The notes under the pieces are model-generated. The model had not been told where the DNA came from and did no database searches. It saw nothing but the letters and a program-made list of their open reading frames with translations. Shown here piece by piece: positions 17,896-25,473 of a stretch of DNA of 64,000 nucleotides (position 1 is its first letter; each line of letters begins with the position of its first letter). Origin of the DNA: an uncultured Clostridia bacterium (GTDB lineage Bacteria > Bacillota > Clostridia > Oscillospirales > Ruminococcaceae); contig CANQUJ010000007.1 of the NCBI GenBank assembly GCA_947627005.1, positions 21,797 to 85,796 on the forward strand. The letters run 5' to 3'. Position numbers and translations under genes: made by a program.

Positions 17896-20469
17896 ATGAA
17901 AAATTTATTTCTGAGATTACTGGCTTGCCTGCTTGTAGCGGCAATGCTCATATCAACGCTTTCGGTTGCGGCGATTGCCGACGCCGACGGCGCCGCGCCG
18001 GAGGATACGACGCAGACCGACGATTCGCAGACCGACGACGCCGCCGAGCCCGCAGAGGGTGAAGCCGAAACCGGCGAAACCGATGAAGCGGCCGAACCCG
18101 CCGAGGGCGAAGAAACCGCTCCGGCAGAGGGCGAAGAGGCCCCCGCCGAGGGCGAAGAGGCTGCTCCGGCCGAGGGTGAAGAAGCCCCGGCAGAGGGCGA
18201 CGAAGAAGCCCCGGCGGAAGAAGAAGTCGACGCGCCGTTAGCAAAGATCACCGACGAAGAGGCCCTTGCAAACTGCCAGATCGCGGCCGAGAACGACAGA
18301 TTCATTCTTTACTACGACGAAGGGCTTGTCGCCGAAAAAGAGGGCGACGACCCGGAGCCGACTATGGAAAGAGTCGGTATCTACGACAAGCAGACCGGGA
18401 TAGTTTATTGGACCAACCCGATCAACGCGATGGCGGACGACGCCACCGACAGAGACAACCTTCGCGAGAACCGCCTTTCAAACCTTGCGTTTAAATACGG
18501 CAACGCGACCGACCTTATTATGTCGTCGGCATTCCTGTTCTCGTATCGCCAGTCGACTTCGCGCGGGAACACCAAGATGGAGCCGACCGACGACGGAATC
18601 AAGATCACTTACAGGCTTCAGACCGCGAGCGCTATCGTTCCGGTATACATCAAGCTTCACGACGACTACTTCGAGGTAGTTGTAAACACCAAAGAGATCA
18701 AGGAAAACAACGGTTATAAAGAGGGCGAAGACGCCGAGGAATCCTCCTCCGACGTAATTATCCTTACCGAGCTCGCGCTTATGCCTTATCTCGGTGCGAC
18801 CGAACCCGGGGAAGAAGGCTATATGCTTATACCCGACGGCTCGGGGGCTCTCATCAACTACAACAACGGCAAGGGAGTTTACGCCGATTACAGCCAGACC
18901 ATTTACGGAAGAGACATCACCCAGGTAAGGGAAGTCGAGCCGGATATGACCGAGCAGGCATATCTTCCGGTTATGGCGACCGTAAACGGAAACAACGGCC
19001 TTGTTATGATCGCCTCGGAAGGCGACACCTTTGCCGCGGCGAACGCCTCGGTCGCATATTCCAAGACCGAGAACTCTTGGTATAACAACTGCTACTTCTC
19101 GTTCACCGTTCGCTCGAACGACAACTACTATATGACCGGCGACTCTTCGGCCATCATCGTATTCGAGAAGGGCGACGGCTCTATCGGGGTCGACAAGTTT
19201 GCGGTAAGATACTACCCCGTCTCTAACGACGAGGGCGAAGTCACCACCGCGCAGATCGCCGACGTTTACAGAAACTACCTCATCGAAGAAAAGGGCCTTA
19301 AGAAAAAAGACTCTGCGAGCGACCCCGCCCTTTATATCGATTTCTACGGCGGAACCCGCAAGTCTAAATCCATCCTCGGAATCCCGATTTCTCTTAAGAC
19401 CGCCTACACCAAGTTCGACGACGCCGCGGATATCGTAAACGCGCTTTCGGACCTCGGGGTCGACAATATGGTCGTAAACTATAACGACTGGTCGGACGAT
19501 TCGATGTCCGCGAAGATCGACACCGGCGACTCGATAGCTTCGGTTCTCGGCGGAAAGGGCGCTTATAAGAAGATGCTCAAGAGCTTTGCGGATAAAGGGG
19601 TCGACTACTACGCTACCGTTTCGGGAATAACCTATAAATCGAACGGCAACGGATTCTGGACCTTATTCAACACCGCTTACAGAGCCTCGAAGTCTTATTC
19701 GAGACAATACTCCTACAATATCGCCTACGGAACGCCCGATTCGGGCGTAGCCCCCGCGCTTTTAAGCCCGCGCTCTCTTCCCAAGCTTTCAGAAAAGGTC
19801 ACCAAAAACCTCGGCAAATATGATCAGGGCGCAGGACTCGGAGTCGTATCGGACACCCTTTGGAGCGACTTCTCTAACAAATACCGCACCAACCGCTGCG
19901 TTACCGCGCAGTACATCATCGACTACTATAAGGCCGCGGCGGAATCGAACGGCAAGGTTATAGCATCTTCGCCGAACGCCTATCTGCTTCCTTATGTGGA
20001 CAGGATCGAAGACGTTCCTCTTCAGTCGAGTCAGTTTAAACTCACCGACCAAGACGTTCCGTTCTATCAGATGGTTCTTCACGGATATGTAGACTACTCT
20101 ACCGAAGCGATCAACGGCGCGCCGGATACGATGGAAACGGTTCTTAAAGCGATAGCCGCAGGTTCAAACATTCACTACGATTTCATTCACGAAGAAACCT
20201 CAAAGCTTGTCAACACCGATTACGTAGACCTCTACTACGCCAACTACGAGGGCTGGATCGACGAGGCCGCCAAGGCATACAAGCTTGTGAACGAAGTCCT
20301 CTCCCCCGCGAAAGACGCTACGATCGCCGATTACAGCGTTGACGGAAAGGTCATCACGACAGAGTATTCTAACGGATACGTCACTGTGGTCGACCTTGAA
20401 GCCGGAAGCGTTACCGCGGGCGGCAAGACCTATAACTACAACGATTATGTAAAAGGAGGTTTGAACTAA
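17896..20469 (+). CDS. Large secreted protein, DUF5696-like, with an N-terminal acidic repeat linker
   Basis: 857 aa. A signal peptide is followed by an (A/E)EPAEGE-type repeat region and then a large globular part of about 740 aa. The DUF5696 assignment comes from memory of the family and its usual ABC/Yip1 neighbourhood and needs an HMM check. Confidence 0.55.
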   Translation: MKNLFLRLLACLLVAAMLISTLSVAAIADADGAAPEDTTQTDDSQTDDAAEPAEGEAETGETDEAAEPAEGEETAPAEGEEAPAEGEEAAPAEGEEAPAEGDEEAPAEEEVDAPLAKITDEEALANCQIAAENDRFILYYDEGLVAEKEGDDPEPTMERVGIYDKQTGIVYWTNPINAMADDATDRDNLRENRLSNLAFKYGNATDLIMSSAFLFSYRQSTSRGNTKMEPTDDGIKITYRLQTASAIVPVYIKLHDDYFEVVVNTKEIKENNGYKEGEDAEESSSDVIILTELALMPYLGATEPGEEGYMLIPDGSGALINYNNGKGVYADYSQTIYGRDITQVREVEPDMTEQAYLPVMATVNGNNGLVMIASEGDTFAAANASVAYSKTENSWYNNCYFSFTVRSNDNYYMTGDSSAIIVFEKGDGSIGVDKFAVRYYPVSNDEGEVTTAQIADVYRNYLIEEKGLKKKDSASDPALYIDFYGGTRKSKSILGIPISLKTAYTKFDDAADIVNALSDLGVDNMVVNYNDWSDDSMSAKIDTGDSIASVLGGKGAYKKMLKSFADKGVDYYATVSGITYKSNGNGFWTLFNTAYRASKSYSRQYSYNIAYGTPDSGVAPALLSPRSLPKLSEKVTKNLGKYDQGAGLGVVSDTLWSDFSNKYRTNRCVTAQYIIDYYKAAAESNGKVIASSPNAYLLPYVDRIEDVPLQSSQFKLTDQDVPFYQMVLHGYVDYSTEAINGAPDTMETVLKAIAAGSNIHYDFIHEETSKLVNTDYVDLYYANYEGWIDEAAKAYKLVNEVLSPAKDATIADYSVDGKVITTEYSNGYVTVVDLEAGSVTAGGKTYNYNDYVKGGLN
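17980..18235 (+). repeat. In-frame degenerate tandem repeats encoding the acidic PAEGEE linker
   Basis: gccgagggcgaaga-type units recur about 8 times. Confidence 0.7.
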
Positions 20470-21480
20470 ATGGCTGAAACAACCAACTCCGCCGAAAAGG
20501 TAGTTAAGGAAGTTAAAGTTAAGGCTAAGCCCGAAAAGCCCGCAAAAGAGCCCAAGGCGCCCAAGCCGCCGAAGGCCCCCAAGGGAATGAGAATAGCCTA
20601 TGAAAAGCGCAAATCGCTTTACGCATACGGCTTCCTCGCAATCTGGATCATCGGAACCATATACTTCTTCCTCAAACCCCTTTTGGTATCTCTGTGGTAT
20701 TCGTTCAACGTCACCGCCGTAGAGCTTGGCCACATGAAAACCACCTTCAACGGCATAGGCAACTACATAAGGGCCTTCCGTGAAGACACCGACTATACCG
20801 AAGCGCTTATCGCGATTTTGGGGCAGACCTTATGGCAGACCCCGCTGATCATCATCTTCTCGATCTTCATCGCGGTAATCCTCAACCAAAAATTCAAAGG
20901 AAGAACCTTTGCCCGCGCGGTATTCTTCCTGCCGGTCATCATCGCCACCGGCCCGGTTATAACCATCATCAACGGCGATATGGATACCTCGGGTTATTCG
21001 GGGGGCGCAGAGCAGTTCTCTACGATGTTTGAAACGGATATGACCGGCGCTCTGCTAAGCTTCCTCGGAGTGTACAACATAAGCGACAAGGTTACGGATA
21101 TGATCTCTACGGTAACATCGAACGTATTCAACCTTGTATGGGATTCGGGTATTCAGATAATCATCTTCCTTTCGGCATTGCAGAATATCCCCTATTCGGC
21201 GAAGGAAGCCGCCTCGATCGAAGGCGCCACCGCATGGGAGTTCTTCTGGAAGATTACCATTCCCTATATCAGCCCGATGATAGTTACCAACCTCATCTAC
21301 ACGATAGTCGACTCCTTCATCGACCCGGCCAACGGCGTTATGAAGCTCGTACTTGCAGAGGCTTCGGACTGGGAACACGGGTATTCGGCCGCGATGGCAT
21401 GGTCATACTTCATAATCGTTATCATCGCGCTCTGCATAGTCCTGCCGATACTCAACAAATTCGTCTACTACGAAGTATAA
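20470..21480 (+). CDS. Sugar ABC transporter permease, MalF type, with a Lys/Pro-rich N-terminal extension
   Basis: 336 aa. The N-terminus reads MAETTNSAEKVVKEVKVKAKPEKPAKEPKAPKPPKAPKG. The EAA-like loop reads AKEAASIEGATAWEFFWKITIP. The ATG abuts the upstream TAA. Confidence 0.85.
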   Translation: MAETTNSAEKVVKEVKVKAKPEKPAKEPKAPKPPKAPKGMRIAYEKRKSLYAYGFLAIWIIGTIYFFLKPLLVSLWYSFNVTAVELGHMKTTFNGIGNYIRAFREDTDYTEALIAILGQTLWQTPLIIIFSIFIAVILNQKFKGRTFARAVFFLPVIIATGPVITIINGDMDTSGYSGGAEQFSTMFETDMTGALLSFLGVYNISDKVTDMISTVTSNVFNLVWDSGIQIIIFLSALQNIPYSAKEAASIEGATAWEFFWKITIPYISPMIVTNLIYTIVDSFIDPANGVMKLVLAEASDWEHGYSAAMAWSYFIIVIIALCIVLPILNKFVYYEV

Positions 21481-21494
21481 AGGGGGGATATTGA

Positions 21495-22604
21495 ATGGCA
21501 ACCGCAAAAGAAGAAAGATTATTTGCAAAAGAGCGTGAAAAAGCTCTTAAAGAAAGGCAGAAGGCTTATAAAGCCGCAAGAAAAGCCGGGACTTTGGACG
21601 AGCGCCAGCTTGCGCCGGAACACCTTGCATATCTTCGCCGCAGGGCGATAGTTTCAAAGGTTTGGCCTATCTTCCGCTTCCTCATTCTGTTCGGCCTCTG
21701 CTTCGTTATTCTCTATCCCTTGATCTACATGTTCTCGACCGCGTTCCGCCCCAATATCCAGATGAACGACCCGTCGGTTATCTGGCTGCCCAAGTCGCTT
21801 ACCATAAGCAATATGGTCGACGTTTGGGAGACGATGGACTTCGGCATGACCCTTTGGAACACGATAAGAGTAAACATCGTCTGCTCCATCTTCTCGGTCG
21901 TAACCTGCGCGCTTACCGGCTACGGTCTCGCAAGATTCAACTTTAAGGGCAAGGGAATCTGCTTCGCGATACTGATCATGCAGATCATCGTTCCGCCGCA
22001 GATCACGGTTATCCCGCTCTATCTCCAGTGGGCGTTCTTTAGGGGCGCCGGGCTTGTAAAGCTTCTCTCCGGAATGGGTCTGACCTCTATCCTCGGCAAG
22101 AATATCGACGCTTCGGGCGAATATGTTTCGCTCATCAACGTTCCGATAGTTATGTACGCTCCCGCGCTGTTTGCGAACGGAATAAAATCCGGACTGTTCA
22201 TATTCATCTTCCGCCAGTTCTTCCGCGGGCTTCCGATCGAGCTTGAAGACGCCGCCTATCTTGACGGCTGCGGCCCCTTCAAAACCTTTATGAGAATAAT
22301 CGTTCCGAACGCCGCCTCTTCGTTCTTGACCGTCTTCCTCTTCTCGATCGTATGGTATTGGAACGACTACTATGTAAGCTCTACATTCTTTACCGACTTC
22401 CACACCGTTGCGCTTCAGCTTCAAAAGCTTTCGAGCACCCTCGACCAGCAGCTGTTCAGCGGCCAGCAGGTCGGCACAAGAAAGAAGATAGTCTGGCTCG
22501 AATCCGGCTGTCTGCTCTCTATCGCGCCTATACTCATTATGTATATCTTCCTTCAGAAATACTTCACCGAAGGCTTGGCGCGTTCCGGCTTGACCGGTAT
22601 GTAA
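21495..22604 (+). CDS. Sugar ABC transporter permease, MalG type, with a basic helical N-terminal extension
   Basis: 369 aa. The EAA-like loop reads LEDAAYLDGCGPFKTFMRIIVP. The N-terminus reads MATAKEERLFAKEREKALKERQKAYKAARKAG. Confidence 0.85.
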   Translation: MATAKEERLFAKEREKALKERQKAYKAARKAGTLDERQLAPEHLAYLRRRAIVSKVWPIFRFLILFGLCFVILYPLIYMFSTAFRPNIQMNDPSVIWLPKSLTISNMVDVWETMDFGMTLWNTIRVNIVCSIFSVVTCALTGYGLARFNFKGKGICFAILIMQIIVPPQITVIPLYLQWAFFRGAGLVKLLSGMGLTSILGKNIDASGEYVSLINVPIVMYAPALFANGIKSGLFIFIFRQFFRGLPIELEDAAYLDGCGPFKTFMRIIVPNAASSFLTVFLFSIVWYWNDYYVSSTFFTDFHTVALQLQKLSSTLDQQLFSGQQVGTRKKIVWLESGCLLSIAPILIMYIFLQKYFTEGLARSGLTGM

Positions 22605-22645
22605 ACCCTTTCGGGCTTACCCGCAAATTTCTTTAAATACTCAAA

Positions 22646-22683
22646 GCCTGCCGTCTTTTGCGGACGGCAGGCGCTTTGTTTAA
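22646..22683 (+). terminator. Intrinsic terminator-like hairpin (possibly partial read-through)
   Basis: The stem gcctgccgtc / gacggcaggc is followed by GCTTTGTTT. Confidence 0.6.
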
Positions 22684-22704
22684 ACGCATGGGAGTGTTGA
22701 AATT

Positions 22705-24270
22705 ATGAAAAGAATATTCGCGATACTCCTGTGCGGGGTTTTGATCCTTTCCGCCTGCGCCGAAAAGCCGGGCGACGAGGGCGAAACTTCGGCGACCGAG
22801 CCCGGGATATCTCTATACACCGAGCCGACGGAGGAGTCTTCGGAGACGACTCCGCAGACTTCGGCGGAGCCCGCGATATCGAGCTATAACGAGATACCGG
22901 CCGCGAAGATCGAGCTTGAGCGGGAGGAATTTGAATCGCTTATCGAGGCCGAGAGCGCCTCTTTAAGCGACGGAGCGCAGATCTCGGACAGCCGCGAGGG
23001 CTATTCCGGCGCGGGGTATGTCTCGTCTTCGCCGAGCGGGGTCGTTATTTTAGAGGCCGAGCCGCTTCCGCGGCAGCACTACAACATAACCATTCGGGCG
23101 GCTTCGGATTCAAAAGTCGGCGGGCGGCTTTATATAAACGGCTACCCGCGCGGGGAATTTGAGCTTTCGGGGAGCGGGGAGTTCGAGGCGTTGAGGTTCG
23201 ACAATATCCTTCTCGGCGAAAGCGCCCAGATAGGGATATCCGACCTTGACGGCCCGGCGGATATAGACTGCGTTCTGATCGAAAGCTCGGAGGAGATATA
23301 TTCCCTTAGCTATGACCCGGACGAAGAGCTTTCAAATCCACAAGCCGACGACAGCGCGAAGGCGCTTTACGGCTATCTTTTAAGCTGCTACGGAAAGAAA
23401 ATAATCAGCGGGCAGATAACCTCGCAGGGGACCGACGCGGAGATTGAAAGCATTTTCCGCGAGACGGGGCGCCGCCCCGCGATACGCTTCGGCGAGCTTA
23501 TGGACTATTCGGCAGGAGAGGATTCGGGGGATATAGAGCTCGCGAAAAAATGGGCGCAGAGCGGCGGAATAGTCGGGTATTCATGGTATTGGACTATAAA
23601 CGGCTCATGCTATAAAGAAAAATCCGGCTTTAACCTCTCAAACGCCGTCACCGACCTTGACATCGCCGCGATGGAGAGCGAAGCCCTTGCGCTTAGATAC
23701 GCCGACGGCGCGGTTTCGGCCGAGACGCTCGCGATAGTCGACGGAATAGACAAGGTTGCGGCAAAACTCTTAGAACTTAAAGACATCGGCGCGGCGGTTT
23801 TGTTCCGCCCACTGCCCGAGGCCGGCAGCGGAATGTTCTGGTGGTCGGCCGAGGACGAGAGCTATCTTTGGCTCTATAACCTCATCTACGAGAGAATGAC
23901 CCTTTATTGGGGGCTTAACAACATTATTTGGGTATGGAACGGCCAGAGCGCCGAGCTTTACCCCGGGGACGACAGGGCGGATATAATCTCTCTCGATATC
24001 TACTATTCCGAGGGGTCGGTCCTGCCGTCGACGAGCGGCGTCAATATGATGCTCGCCGCAAGGGGGATATCCCAAAACAAGATGATCGCGATGAGCGAGT
24101 GCTCTTCGCTGCCCTCGCCCGATTCGGCTTTGGCGGATAACGCCCTTTGGGGCTTTTGCTCGGCCGGGACCGGGGACTATGCATGCGGCGGAAAATTTAT
24201 GTTGCCCGCCGAATGGGTGGCGTTTTATAACAGCGAAACAGTTGTCACGCTGGACGAAATCGAATACTGA
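22705..24270 (+). CDS. Lipoprotein with a CBM-like module and a GH26-like (beta-mannanase family) catalytic domain
   Basis: 521 aa with lipobox LILSAC and a Ser/Thr/Glu linker. The CBM-like segment reads AESASLSDGAQISDSREGYSGAGYV. GH26-like motifs are VLFRPLPEAGSGMFWW (Glu codon 23818-23820) and IAMSECSS (Glu codon 24097-24099). Confidence 0.6.
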   Translation: MKRIFAILLCGVLILSACAEKPGDEGETSATEPGISLYTEPTEESSETTPQTSAEPAISSYNEIPAAKIELEREEFESLIEAESASLSDGAQISDSREGYSGAGYVSSSPSGVVILEAEPLPRQHYNITIRAASDSKVGGRLYINGYPRGEFELSGSGEFEALRFDNILLGESAQIGISDLDGPADIDCVLIESSEEIYSLSYDPDEELSNPQADDSAKALYGYLLSCYGKKIISGQITSQGTDAEIESIFRETGRRPAIRFGELMDYSAGEDSGDIELAKKWAQSGGIVGYSWYWTINGSCYKEKSGFNLSNAVTDLDIAAMESEALALRYADGAVSAETLAIVDGIDKVAAKLLELKDIGAAVLFRPLPEAGSGMFWWSAEDESYLWLYNLIYERMTLYWGLNNIIWVWNGQSAELYPGDDRADIISLDIYYSEGSVLPSTSGVNMMLAARGISQNKMIAMSECSSLPSPDSALADNALWGFCSAGTGDYACGGKFMLPAEWVAFYNSETVVTLDEIEY

Positions 24271-24326
24271 CGGTAGAACGCGGAAAATATATTACTCAAA
24301 GTTTTATAAAATACTTTTCTGCGGTA

Positions 24327-24355
24327 TTGATTTATTCCGCGTTTTTCAATATAAT
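24327..24355 (+). promoter_or_regulatory. Internal promoter TTGATT-17-TATAAT
   Basis: Hexamers lie at 24327-24332 and 24350-24355, 48 nt before the adaptor gene. Confidence 0.55.
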
Positions 24356-24402
24356 ATATCTGTATATTTTCGGCCTTTTTTATTTTTCACGGGAGGATCG
24401 CT

Positions 24403-25449
24403 ATGAAATCTACAAGAACCGTTTTGATCTCGCTTGCCTTAGCGGCGGCGACCGCGCTTAGCGGCTGTTATTTTTTGCCGGAGGAGGAAGAGCTTTTAGA
24501 GGCGCCGGTAGTTAAAGAAAGCGAAGTTTCTTATATCACCACCACTGCCGAGCTTAAAGACATTACCAGCCAAATCCTTACCCCGGGAACAATCGCCTCG
24601 GGTACCGAATATAACGCAAGATTCAGCGAAACGGGCGGAAACATCAAGGCGGTGTATGTTTCGGCGGGGGAGAGCGTAGAAAAAGGCCAGCTTCTTGCCG
24701 AATTTGACACCTATGATTTAGACAAGCAGATCGAGCTTAAAGAGCTTGAGGTATACCGCGAGCAGCTTGAATACGACATCGCCGTTGAAAAACACGAATC
24801 GGAGACTGTTAAGGCGAAGGAGCAGCTCGACGTTCAGCTTGAGCAGAACGAGCTTGACAAGCTTTACGCCGAACGCGAGGCCGCGAAGCTTTATTCCGAA
24901 GTCAGCGGAACGGTTTCTTATGTTTTGACCTGCTCTCCCGGCGACTGGGTAAACCCCGGGGTGACCGTCGTCACGGTTATAGATATCACCGACCTTTATA
25001 TTAAAATCGACCCGGAAAAGGATATCGGCGAATTTTTGATCGGCAGACCGATAACGATTCGCTATAACGGCGAATATTTCGACGGAACGATTATTCGCAA
25101 CAAAAGCGGCCGCCAATGGAGCGAAGAGGCCGCCGGCCCTCTTGTAGACGAAAACGGAGAGGACATTTTGGCCGAAGAATCGGAGGATATAGTCGTCAAA
25201 TTCAACGACATCATTCCCGAAAGCTCGGCGGTCGGGAATATAGCCGACACGCTTTTGATCCTTGACAAGCGCGAGAATGTTATCGTCATCTCGGCGAACC
25301 TCGTCAAAAAAGTCAACGGAGTGGACGTCGTTTATCTTCTTAAGAACAACGAGCGGGTGCAGGTAAACGTCACCAAGGGGCTTCAGAGCGGCTCGATGGT
25401 AGAGATCACCTCGGGCCTTGAACCGGGCGACGAAATAATCATCAGATAG
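24403..25449 (+). CDS. HlyD/MacA-type periplasmic adaptor lipoprotein (YknX-like)
   Basis: 348 aa with lipobox LSGC. A lipoyl-like motif (GESVEKGQLLAEFD), a coiled-coil hairpin and beta-barrel segments are present. Confidence 0.8.
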   Translation: MKSTRTVLISLALAAATALSGCYFLPEEEELLEAPVVKESEVSYITTTAELKDITSQILTPGTIASGTEYNARFSETGGNIKAVYVSAGESVEKGQLLAEFDTYDLDKQIELKELEVYREQLEYDIAVEKHESETVKAKEQLDVQLEQNELDKLYAEREAAKLYSEVSGTVSYVLTCSPGDWVNPGVTVVTVIDITDLYIKIDPEKDIGEFLIGRPITIRYNGEYFDGTIIRNKSGRQWSEEAAGPLVDENGEDILAEESEDIVVKFNDIIPESSAVGNIADTLLILDKRENVIVISANLVKKVNGVDVVYLLKNNERVQVNVTKGLQSGSMVEITSGLEPGDEIIIR

Positions 25450-25473
25450 GCGCGTTATCTCGGAGGACAGACT

